NCBI GenBank assembly: GCA_002269645.1
Contig: NIVC01001530.1
Span: forward strand, 124,001 to 188,000
Reading direction: 5' to 3'
Source: Macrostomum lignano
Lineage: Eukaryota
DNA: 64,000 bases
The position numbers and the translations under genes are program-made. The notes beneath the pieces were generated by a model. It was not told where the DNA came from and did no database searches. It saw nothing but the letters and a program-made list of their open reading frames with translations. Shown piece by piece: positions 27,142-64,000 of this stretch. Position 1 is the stretch's first letter; every line of letters begins with the position of its first letter.

Positions 27142-27636
27142 TTAACATTGGTAAGGCATTTTATCTGTGTGCCGTTTTACATGATAAGAGAGACTATCTG
27201 AACGATGGAACTTTTTGCCGCACACCTGGCATTCGTAAGGCCTTTCACCTGTGTGCAGGCGTATATGAAGGGTGAGAGAATTTAAATCAATGAACTTCTT
27301 GCCGCACACCTGACATGGGTAAGGTTTTTCACCTGTGTGCACTCTTGCATGACGAGAGAGAATATCTGCACGACTGAACGTCTTGCTGCACACCTGGCAC
27401 TGAAAAGGCTCTTTACCTGTGTGCAGCCTTAAATGACGGGGTACAGAAGTTGGATCCTTGAACTTCTTGCCGCACAACTGGCACTCGTAAGACTTCCGTC
27501 CGGTAGGTCGAACTGACTCAGACTCCGAGTCGCAGTCCACGGAGTGAGACTGCACGTGACGCAGGTACAGCGCTGCAGATGCACGCGATTGGGAGAAGCT
27601 CTTCGAACAGAACAGACAGGAATGCAGACAGCTCAT
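27142..27636 (-). CDS. C2H2 zinc-finger protein, 164 aa (one atypical + four canonical fingers)
   Basis: CLFC...HVQSH followed by four fingers with TGKEPF/TGEKPY/TGERPY linkers; ends in MPYQC*. Confidence 0.88.
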   Translation of the reverse strand: MSCLHSCLFCSKSFSQSRASAALYLRHVQSHSVDCDSESESVRPTGRKSYECQLCGKKFKDPTSVPRHLRLHTGKEPFQCQVCSKTFSRADILSRHARVHTGEKPYPCQVCGKKFIDLNSLTLHIRLHTGERPYECQVCGKKFHRSDSLSYHVKRHTDKMPYQC

Positions 27637-28897
27637 GTTTGTCGTGCCTCTTCGATTGTGAATTGTTTGCTACTGAAATCGGTGAAGGGAAACAGAGTTA
27701 ATTAAAACGACGAGTGCTAATTTCAGGATGCGCAAACGACTTGAATTTTAAAGAAGGAAGAAAGGCACTAACTATATCAACGGGAGTATCGTAGCAACCA
27801 GCTACCTACCATAGCAACGGGAGTATCATAGCAACCAGGTTAGCTACGCTCGTACCTACCGTAGCAACTGGAGTGACCATAAAAAGCGTAGGGAAACTAC
27901 CAAAACAATTAATTTTTTGTAGCGATAACTATAAATCGCCGATAATACTTGTAAATGAAATCACTACTGTCAATAGACAATGCAAGAAAATCGTTGCACT
28001 ATAGAAAACCGCAGAAAACTGTGTATTTATAATTAGGAACACAATCGCCACATCAATCAAACCACATGAATGTGAAGATTTACGAGTAAAAGTATTTTTA
28101 ACACAAGTCAAGAAAATTTACAGTCACAGTCGTATCTACATTGAACATAAGTTAGTTCAGTGGAAATTTTAAACACAAAATTACAAGCTGACTAAAAAAT
28201 AAAAAACATGCACACAAATGATTTTATTTTTTGTTTGATATTTAAAAGTTATGCCACTGATGTCAACTACAATGCTAAGGTTTCATGGAATCATTATTCT
28301 GAAATTTCTATTCATATATATATATATGATTCATAAAAGATACATTTTTTTAAAAGACTCAAATGTTTCCAAAGAATATTTTCACTCAATATTACATAAA
28401 AGAGTTACTTTTGAACTGGACAAGCGTGGTACCTCGCGGGTAGGCTACTGGTTTCTATTGCTAAGGATTTTACTAGTGAATTTACTTCCTACTGGTTTGA
28501 GATTTTTTTAGTTCGCTGCCACCAGGTTCCTGCTATTCCCTAATTCTGGCTTTAGATTTAAAGAATTGAGTCAGGACACCAATGAAGTAATTTCAACAGT
28601 TTTAATTAAAGTTTAAAAAGGAATAAAACGTTAACGTACAAAAGGTTGCTTTACATTATTTCCCTATTCCTATTCCCGCTATAGTGCTATTGGGCAAGAC
28701 TCCCAGTTATAGATTTTAGAGGCAAGACTCCTCTTGTGCAAGCCTAAATTATATTCCTTCTTTTACCTCCCCTTCTTACCACTTTGCGTTGCCTTTGATT
28801 TGCGTTGCCAAGAACCAAAGCTTTTTTCCTGCAGCGCATTAATAATAAAAAAGTCAATTTCAAAGAAAATATAGCGAGCTCACAAATACGAGCTACA

Positions 28898-29488
28898 TCA
28901 ATAATAAGGCATCCAGCTGCTTTCGTCAGCTGGCCTCAGACTACCAGTGCACAGTAGAATGATGTCCACAATCCACCAGATGCCGAAGCCGCCAAGGCAC
29001 AGCATCTTGCCAATAGCGGCGCCAGTGTGTCCCAGACAGAATCTGTCTATGGCTAGGAAGCCTAGGAACACCGAGTACAACAGAGTGGTGAGGAAATAGT
29101 GCCCGCTGTACTTTAAACAGGGCGCCCGGCCGCGCAGGAAGGTCCTATTGCCGTAGCATTCGATGTCTTGCAAAGCGAAGCACTGCAGTTTAGTGTGCTC
29201 AACTTTGTGATAACTTTGACCGCCCCATTTAGTGCAGCCGTGACCTAGAGAGTCTTTCAGGCTGACATTGCCTTTTAGGTCTAGCGGCGGGTTGCACTTT
29301 ACTAGATCTGGCGGCAGCAAACGACAGGGCAGCAGGGGACCCTCGGGATAGTAGACATCGCCAGTAGATTCGTTATACACCTGCGATTGATAATTCAATC
29401 CAGCTCGATCAACAATTGGCAGCTCTTCAGCCTCACAATGCCTGCTGCTTAATAGCAGCGATAGAGTCAGTAGTGCGACTGGACAATG
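28898..29488 (-). CDS. TM2D2: TM2 domain-containing protein 2; single coding exon lacking a genomic start codon
   Basis: GCTKWGGQSY...EHTKLQCFAL..IEC...RTFLR...PCLKYSGHYFLTTLLYSVFLGFLAIDRFCLGHTGAAIGKMLCLGGFGIWWIVDIILL is the TM2D2-type C-terminus. The frame is open upstream through a signal-like HCPVALLTLSLLLSSRHCEA to the acceptor TCCCGCAG at 29489. Confidence 0.88.
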   Translation of the reverse strand, partial: HCPVALLTLSLLLSSRHCEAEELPIVDRAGLNYQSQVYNESTGDVYYPEGPLLPCRLLPPDLVKCNPPLDLKGNVSLKDSLGHGCTKWGGQSYHKVEHTKLQCFALQDIECYGNRTFLRGRAPCLKYSGHYFLTTLLYSVFLGFLAIDRFCLGHTGAAIGKMLCLGGFGIWWIVDIILLCTGSLRPADESSWMPYY

Positions 29489-29547
29489 CTGCGGGATTCA
29501 ATATGGGTTCAGTTACCTCAATTCACCAAATAGTCAAAAGAGTACAG

Positions 29548-31030
29548 CTGGAGTGAGAAGACAGGGAGTCCTACTATACACTAATATCTGGAGTGAGAAG
29601 ACAGGGAGTCCTACTATACACTAATATCTGGAGTGAGAAGACAGGGAGTCCTACTATACACTAATATCTGGAGTGAGAAGACAGGGAGTCCTACTATACA
29701 CTAATATCTGGAGTGAGAAGACAGGGAGTCCTACTATACACTAATATCTGGAGTGAGAAGACAGGGAGTCCTACTATACACTAATATCTGGAGTGAGAAG
29801 ACAGGGAGTCCTACTATACACTAATATCTGGAGTGAGAAGACAGGGAGTCCTACTATACACTAATATCTGGAGTGAGAAGACAGGGAGTCCTACTATACA
29901 CTAATATCTGGAGTGAGAAGACAGGGAGTCCTACTATACACTAATATCTGGAGTGAGAAGACAGGGAGTCCTACTCGACACTAATATCTGGAGTGAGAAG
30001 ACAGGGAGTCCTACTAGACACTAATATCTGGAGTGAGAAGACAGGGAGTCCTACTCGACACTAATATCTGGAGTGAGAAGACAGGGAGTCCTACTAGACA
30101 CTAATATCTGGAGTGAGAAGACAGGGAGTCCTACTAGACACTAATATCTGGAGTGAGAAGACAGGGAGTCCTACTCGATACTAATATCTGGAGTGAGAAG
30201 ACAGGGAGTCCTACTAGACACTAATATCTGGAGTGAGAAGACAGGGAGTCCTATTCGACACTAATATCTGGAGTGAGAAGACAGGGAGTCCTACTCGACA
30301 CTAATATCTGGAGTGAGAAGACAGGGAGTCCTACTCGACACTAATATCTGGAGTGAGAAGACAGGGAGTCCTATTCGACACTAATATCTGGAGTGAGAAG
30401 ACAGGGAGTCCTATTCGACACTAATATCTGGAGTGAGAAGACAGGGAGTCCTAGACACACTAACATCTGGAGTGAGGAGACAGGGAGTCATAGACACTAA
30501 CATCTGGAGTGAGGAGACAGGGAGTCATAGACACTAATATCTGGAGTGAGGAGACAGGGAGTCCTAGACACACTAGCATCTGGACTGAGGAGACAGGGAG
30601 TCCTAGACACACTAGCATCTGGAGTGAGGAGACAGGGAGTCATAGACACTAACATCTGGAGTGAGGAGACAGGGAGTCATAGACACTAATATCTGGAGTG
30701 AGGAGACAGGGAGTCCTAGACACACTAGCATCTGGACTGAGGAGACAGGGAGTCCTAGACACACTAGCATCTGGAGTGAGGAGACAGGGAGTCCTAGACA
30801 CACTAGCATCTGGAGTGAGGAGACAGGGAGTCCTAAACACACTAGCATCTGGAGTGAGGAGACAGGGAGTCCTAGACACACTAGCATCTGGAGTGAGGAG
30901 ACAGGGAGTCCTAAAAACACTAGCATCTGGAGTGAGGAGACAGGGAGTCCTAGACACACTAACATCTGGAGTGAGGAGACAGGGAGTCCTAGACACACTA
31001 AAATCTGGAGTGAGGAGACAGGGAGTCCTA
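29548..31030. repeat. Bipartite minisatellite: about 22 x 40-bp units then about 15 x 37/39-bp units
   Basis: CTGGAGTGAGAAGACAGGGAGTCCTACTATACACTAATAT, switching near 30440 to CTGGAGTGAGGAGACAGGGAGTCCTAGACACACTAGCAT. Confidence 0.96.
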
Positions 31031-31698
31031 GACCCTGACAATGGAAAACAGAACTTCATAATCTACGGTTTCGTAAACAGTACTGACAGTCAGTGAAATG
31101 CCTTAGTATTGTATATTAGTTTAATTTTTTAAAGATTTTACATGCACAAGAAAAAACTGGTTCGTATTAAAAGCAAAAAAATTAAAAGTAGTAAGACAGC
31201 GCCATATTTCAAAACAACGAATGTGACAGTCGATTTACAAGGATTGAGAAGACAGGGAGTCCTAGATCCTTCTCACTCCAAAGATTATTTGAACGTGATT
31301 CCCCGAACCTAAATTAAAAAAAATAATCGAACTAATTTTGAAATAATGAATCATAAATCGATAGAAAAACAGATAACAAAAATAACGTTTCATGCAAAAA
31401 GCTTGCAAAAGCATCATGCGCATACTGTTACATTGTAGTGTTACCTATTGTAAATGTAATACTAAATGATGTAAATTAGAATAAACGAGCTTGCACAGAT
31501 AAAATAGGAAGCCAGAGAAATATTCAGACAAAAAGAAATTAAACATGAAATGCACACAAACTTGAGAATCTTTTTAAACTTCTGCATTGCACACTGCAAG
31601 CACACTGCAAAGCGCACTGCATAGGCCAAGCCTTTTCGCCTTTATGCACGCTCGATTGTTTCGATAAGTTACCGATCGTGGTGACCTTGCTGCAAGCC

Positions 31699-32028
31699 TT
31701 AACATTGGTAAGGCATGCCACCTGTGTGCCGTCTTACATGGTAAGAGAGACTATTTGAATGACTGAACGTCTTGCCGCACACCTGGCACTGAAAAGACTC
31801 TTTACCTGTGTGCAGCCTTAAATGACGGGGTACAGAAGTTGGATCCTTGAACTTCTTGCCGCACACCTGGCACTCGTAAGACTTCCGTCCGGCAGGAGTT
31901 CGAACTGACTCAGGCTCAGAGTCGCAGTCCACGGAGTGAGACTGCACGTGACGCAGGTACAGCGCCTGAGATGCACGCGATTGGGAGAAGCTCTTCGAAC
32001 AGACCGGACAGGAATGCAGACAGCTCAT
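31699..32028 (-). CDS. C2H2 zinc-finger protein, 109 aa; paralog of 27142-27636 with two fewer fingers
   Basis: Near-identical N-terminus (MSCLHSC...HVQSH) and C-terminus (MPYQC*). Could also be a decaying duplicate. Confidence 0.8.
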   Translation of the reverse strand: MSCLHSCPVCSKSFSQSRASQALYLRHVQSHSVDCDSEPESVRTPAGRKSYECQVCGKKFKDPTSVPRHLRLHTGKESFQCQVCGKTFSHSNSLSYHVRRHTGGMPYQC

Positions 32029-32554
32029 GTTGATGTGCCTTTTCGATTGTGAATTGTTTGTTACTAAAATCGGTGAGGGGAAACTTAACGGTGAATGTTC
32101 ATTTCACGAGGCACAAACGAATTGTATTTTAATGCAAATGAGTTTTATAAATTATCAAAGAAAAAACGGAAGTATTGTTTATGTAAACGCGAAATGCATA
32201 AGCCGCTCTCGGGAATCAGTTTATTTGAAGAAAAAAAAGATTTCAGCGCAACAAACTGACAAATATGCAACAACCCGGATGCACTGTACTTTTACAATTT
32301 GAGAGTTAGCGCACTAAATTGACATGACCTTAATTGTTCTGGTCTGAATTTGAAATATGCTATTAGAGTGGGTAAAAAATTAAGCTTAACGAGTTTAAAC
32401 TTTATATTAAGGATAGGCAAATAGATTAATAAATGTGATCACACTTCTGATCCGTAATGTGAGGGCGGGCTAATATGTACTATAGCACTATGTTCTACTG
32501 TTAAACGACACAGTAAAATAAGAAAGTACAAAAGTTACAGCACAATTTTTGAAC

Positions 32555-34267
32555 TCATAGTTCGCCGCAATCCTCAACAACCACTGGTTGACTAGGCTTC
32601 CCAGATTTGGACCCCATGGATTCCATTTTTCTTACAACTGGCATGCCTTCAACCACCCGGCCAAACACTACGTGCTTATTATCCAGCCAGACCGTGGCTT
32701 CAGTGCAGATGAAGAACTGCGAGCCGTTAGTGTTTGGGCCGCTATTGGCCATAGACAGCACGCCAGGGCCGGTGTGTCTGAGCGTGAAATTCTCGTCTGG
32801 AAACTTCTCCCCGTAGATGGACTTGCCGCCAGTGCCGTTGCCTTTAGTGAAGTCGCCGCCCTGGCACATGAAGCCGGGTATGATTCGATGAAACTTCGAG
32901 CCCCTGAACCCGAATCCGCGCTCGTGGCTGCACAGACAGCGGAAATTCTCGGCGGTCTTTGGCACAACGTCGTTGCGCAATTCGGCAACGATTCTACCTG
33001 CCGATCGGCCGCCAATGCTGATGTCCAGGTAAACCCGAGGATTTCCACCGCCTGTCTTTGAACGCTTAGCGGCTGGCTGGCTGTCTGTAGAAGCGGCGGC
33101 TGCTTCTGCTGGCTTTTCTGAAGATACTTCTGCTGCCGCTGCGGAGCCGCCCCCGTTGCCATCGGCAGCCTCGCCGTCTGGCCGATTCTGCAGAGTGGCG
33201 CCGCCGAATTTCTTCAACCAGTTGTCGTCTGACCAGACTGGCCGGCCCCAGCCTTCGCGAATGCGCACCGGCCTGCGAGGGGTGAGGGGTTTGGTGATGA
33301 TGGCCTCACCCTGTTAATCCTTATTAGTCTAGAAAGGTCGCCACTAAGCATCTCGAAGGCTGGCCTAGCAACTGACGATTTGGGATGCTGGCCCAGCAAC
33401 TGAGGATCTGGGAGGCTGGCCCAGCAACTGACGATTTGGGATGCTGGCCCAGCAACTGACGATTTGGGATGCTGGCTCAGCAACTGACGATTTGGGATGC
33501 TGGCTCAGCAACTGACGATTTGGGATGCTGGCTCAGCAACTGACGATTTGGGATGCTGGCTCAGCAACTGACGATTTGGGATGCTGGCCCAGCAGCTGAG
33601 AATCTGGGAGGCTGGCCCAGCAACTGACGATTTGGGATGCTGGCTCAGCAACTGACGATTTGGGATGCTGGCTCAGCAACTGACGATTTGGGATGCTGGC
33701 CCTGCAACTGAGAATCTGGGGGGCTGGCCCAGCAACTGAGAATCTGGGGGGCTGGCCCAGCAACTGAGGATCTGGGGGGCTGGCCCAGCAACTGAGAATC
33801 TGGGGGGCTGGCCCAGCAACTGAGGATCTGTGAAGCTGGCCCAGCAACTGAGGATCTGGGAGGCTGGCCCAGCAACTGAGGAACTGGGAGGCTGGCCCAG
33901 CAACTGACACTCTGGGAAGCTGGCCCACCAACTGAGGAACTGGGAGGCTGTGCACCTGTCTAATCCCACAGACGCACCTGGCAATATTGACGCGCAGAGT
34001 GCGGCCGTAGAGCTCTCCCTCGTTCATATTATCGATAGCGGCGGCGGCATCCTCGGCAGATTCGAATTCAACGAAAGCGAAGCCGCGGTGCTTGCTAGAC
34101 TGGTAGTCCAGCGGGATAGAAATGTCCACAATGTCACCAAACGGAATGAAGGCGGCGTGTAAAACTTTCTGATCAACTTCGTCGGCTAAGCCGCCAATGT
34201 AAACAATGCGCTTATTGAGCGGATTGTAGGAGCCCTTGGGCATCTGGAATTCCGGCATGCTGGCCAT
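32555..34267 (-). CDS. PPIE: Peptidyl-prolyl cis-trans isomerase E (cyclophilin-33; RRM + cyclophilin), 335 aa; exons 34267-33978, 33272-32555
   Basis: RRM ([14 protein letters not shown]), linker PVWSDDNWL, and cyclophilin domain ([40 protein letters not shown]). The phase-2 GT-AG intron gives 1008 nt. Confidence 0.96.
33357..33950. repeat. 28/29-bp minisatellite (GCTGGCCCAGCAACTGA[CG/GG]AT[T/C]TGGGA[T/G]) in the PPIE intron
   Basis: About 21 tandem units; same family as 40825-41015. Confidence 0.95.
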
Positions 34268-34409
34268 AGCTGCCGCTCTGCAGGTTTGCTTGCACTTTTA
34301 ATTTGTTTGTTTTAATGCGGACCAAAGCAGAGTTTTGCTGGCTGAAACATGGTGAGATATAAGTGAAAATTAATGCGAATAGAATTTCATTTTTATAGAG
34401 ACACATTTA

Positions 34410-34760
34410 AATAACGGCTGCTCCAAAGACACACCCGAAGATGACTCTAGAGACACATCAAAAGACTACTCTAGAGACACTTCTAAATAAAGGCGACTCT
34501 AGAGAAACATCTAAAGGCGGATCTAGAGACATATCTAAATAAAGGCGATTCTAGAAACATCAAAAGGCGGATCTAGAGACACATCTAAATCAAAGCGATT
34601 TTAGACACATCTAAAGACTATTCTAGAGACATCTAAATCCGGTTCTAGAGAGACACCTAAAAACAATCCTAGAGACAAATCTAGAGGTGGCTGTAAAAAA
34701 TATTTAAATGACGGCTGCTCTAGAGACACATCTAACGACGATATCAGACACATTTTCTAG
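34410..34760. repeat. Degenerate repeat rich in TCTAGAGACACATCTAAA, upstream of PPIE
   Basis: About 12 diverged copies. Confidence 0.75.
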
Positions 34761-36048
34761 AAAAATCATTTGGTGAACAGACAAAGCTGAGAAACATTTT
34801 GTAGGGCTGAAATCAGGAGAAAAAGGCAAATAATTTTTAACAATATATAACTGAAAATAAAAGTCACAAACAGTTATGAAACGCTAGCTATAACTGAGCG
34901 TTTCATAATCTAAATGTATAATATATTCAATAATATATATTTATTTTTACGCATATACGACCGTACTTAAGCGCAAATTTTGAGTGCAGTGCATTTACTA
35001 AATAATCATTTTCTTTCAATTTGAAATAATTGATCTGGATTGGAGTGAAAGTTCTTCCCGAAAAACATTGCACAGAAATAAATTATTGAACAAGAAAAAC
35101 CGGACTATAGTACTACTAGTAGCAACGCAAGTAGAGCAGGATAAAATTACTTATTTCATAGTATAAGAGGTGGAATATTATGGAATAAACAACATCCTCT
35201 ATAAAACTACCTATGAACAAAGTAGAGAATGATCTAACTATTTAAATATTAAAATACATTGAATGTGCATTTATACTACTAACTGATGCGTCATTGACAG
35301 TAATAAAATACACGGCATGAGAAAAACATTAGTGCAAACTGAGAGAGTTCATAAATTATTAATTATTATCTAATACTGCGTCATAATTACACAACAGGAA
35401 AGCGACAACAATTAACTAATTATCGTATTTTATTAGATAATTCAACTCAATACAAAGTTGCTTACGCAACATATCGGCAAGTTGAAACGGGCGCTTCCAC
35501 ATTAGTAAATTAAATAAGCAGCTTTAATTATATACGTTGTTTATACTCGTACTATAATATAGCAGTAGCTAGTAAAGTAATAATTAAATTATAATCGAAA
35601 TAATTTATTATGCTTGTGAGGTGGATTTAGTGGGAAGAAAAATTAATTTATTCACATTATTTGTTATTGTTATAGTAATAATTGCAGATATAAATTACCC
35701 ATATGAGGCATATTTGTTATAATCAAATAATATGTACTGTCAATGAGATTTCTCTGTTGATTGTTGCACAGAAAAAAATGTTTAAGAGAACAACATCAAG
35801 ACAACACTCTACATATAGCAATACGATTGTGATATATTACAGTGATATTACAGACTGATAATCTACAATGACAACAATTTTTTTTCAAAAAGCAGAGAAT
35901 AATTTAGCGAATAATTTTTTTCTTTTAATAAAGGAATTCAAAACAGGAAAAAATACGAATTAGAAATATTAGTGAATGCCCACAATTTAATAATTGAATT
36001 GTTAATAACAATATCCAAATCACAGTATTGGTTACAGATGTGATACCA

Positions 36049-37200
36049 AATGATCGGGATCAATAATCTATTCACTCAGGGACTAATGATCAGGATCAAT
36101 AATCTATTCACTCAGGGACTAATGATCGGGATCAATAATCTATTCACTCAGGGACCAATGATCGGATCAATAATCTATTCACTCAGGGACCAATGATCGG
36201 GATCAATAATCTATTCACTCAGGGACCAATGATCGGGATCAATAATCTATTCACCCAGGGACCAATGATCCGGATCAATAATCTATTCACTCAGGGACTA
36301 ATGATCGGGATCAATAATCTATTCACTCAGGGACTAATGATCGGGATCAATAATCTATTCACTCAGGGACTAATGATCGGGATCAATAATCTATTCACTC
36401 AGGGACTAATGATCGGGATCAATAATCTATTCACTCAGGGACTAATGATCGGGATCAATAATCTATTCACTCAGGGACCAATGATCGGGATCAATAATCT
36501 ATTCACTCAGGGACCAATGATCGGGATCAATAATCTATTCACTCAGGGACCAATGATCGGGATCAATAATCTATTCACCCAGGGACCAATGATCCGGATC
36601 AATAATCTATTCACTCAGGGACTAATGATCGGGATCAATAATCTATTCACTCAGGGACTAATGATCGGGATCAATAATCTATTCACTCAGGGACTAATGA
36701 TCGGGATCAATAATCTATTCACTCAGGGACTAATGATCGGGATCAATAATCTATTCACTCAGGGACTAATGATCGGGATCAATAATCTATTCACTCAGGG
36801 ACCAATGATCGGGATCAATAATCTATTCACTCAGGGACCAATGATCGGGATCAATAATCTATTCACTCAAGGACCAATGATCGGGATCAATAATCTATTC
36901 ACTCAGGGACCAATGATCGGGATCAATAATCTATTCACTCAGGGACCAATGATCCGGATCAATAATCTATTCACTCAGGGACTAATGATCGGGATCATGA
37001 TTAATTCACTCAGGGACCAATGATCGGGATCATGATTAATTCACTCAGGGACCAATGATCGGGATCAATAATCTATTCACTCAGGGACCAATGATCGGGA
37101 TCAATAATCTATTCACTCAAGGACCAATGATCGGGATCAATAATCTATTCACTCAAGGACCAATGATCGGGATCAATAATCTATTCACTCAGTGACCAAT
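36049..37200. repeat. 36-bp minisatellite (AATGATCGGGATCAATAATCTATTCACTCAGGGAC[C/T]), about 32 copies, between WDFY3 and PPIE
   Basis: Tandem units without spacers; the 12-aa-repeat ORF 36193-37023 is a by-product. Confidence 0.96.
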
Positions 37201-37356
37201 GAATGACTCATACAGCAAACAATTGAAATACTTTATATTCTGAACAAAAACTGTTTGCACAAAGATAAAATTCGTAACCATTCATTGATCAGTAGTGGAT
37301 ATCGGACATGCATGTGCAAATGAATCAAATTGGTAGGAAAATATTTTGCCAAACGG

Positions 37357-63732
<26,376 letters not shown>

Positions 63733-64000
63733 TGAACTAGTTAATTTAGATTGCTAATTAGTTAGCAAGTAAGCGCACTAAACTTTCGCTAGTGAGCTAT
63801 TATTAATTAATAACTCCAGCTTTTCTAGCGTGTTGAGCGTTCTTTTGTAACCAATAATTGGAATGCTTTTGCAGAAATAAATAAAAACAAATTTTATAGA
63901 GAAAAAGCACACGGTAAGAAAAGCGGCTATGGGGAAGAAAGCGAATGAGGGAGAGTCTGGGAAAATGGAATGAAAGAGAGATGGGGCATAAAGGATGAGA

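Noticed and set aside
29489-29526. Tiny 28- or 38-nt cis-intron that could supply TM2D2 with an upstream start
   Set aside because: The 28-nt option has an in-frame TGA just upstream, and the 38-nt option reads into the minisatellite without a nearby ATG.
34410-34760. Shared AAGGCGATTCTA word with the 63050-63375 repeat, suggesting one family
   Set aside because: The similarity is limited to about 11 bp and the unit lengths and remaining sequence differ, so it cannot be separated from chance.
36049-37200. Regular 36-bp repeats resembling a CRISPR array (also 3066-3749, 1256-1937, 29548-31030)
   Set aside because: The units are head-to-tail with no unique spacers, no cas genes are present, and the context is eukaryotic and intronic or intergenic.

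Overview
Eukaryotic (metazoan) genomic DNA with spliceosomal GT-AG introns. The GC-rich exons with poly-Gly/Ala/Gln runs and the minisatellite-filled introns suggest a Macrostomum-like free-living flatworm; this is inference only. Plus strand: the last 4 exons of CFAP52/WDR16, a complete 5-exon ABCA transporter (about 1677 aa), and a 4-exon secreted protein with a PAN/apple-like domain and an ALK/LTK-type glycine-rich domain. A 2.6-kb tandem duplication copies that gene's promoter, exon 1 and part of exon 2. Minus strand, all co-oriented: WDFY3/Alfy (16 exons, about 3636 aa, frame-checked across all junctions), PPIE/Cyp33, a short C2H2 ZNF, TM2D2, a second ZNF paralog and a 6-finger ZNF. An intronless LSM14 is nested on the same strand in WDFY3 intron 2. 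Mobile DNA includes a CORE-type SINE with a 12-bp TSD, three copies of a second tRNA-derived SINE, and three MITE types. Top leads: (1) TM2D2 has no usable ATG and starts in frame at a bare splice acceptor, as expected if a flatworm spliced leader ending in AUG supplies the start codon; (2) all six minus-strand genes begin at acceptors next to their start, suggesting an SL-resolved operon; (3) almost every intron of the conserved genes holds its own tandem array; (4) the ABCA has both catalytic degeneracies in one ATP site.
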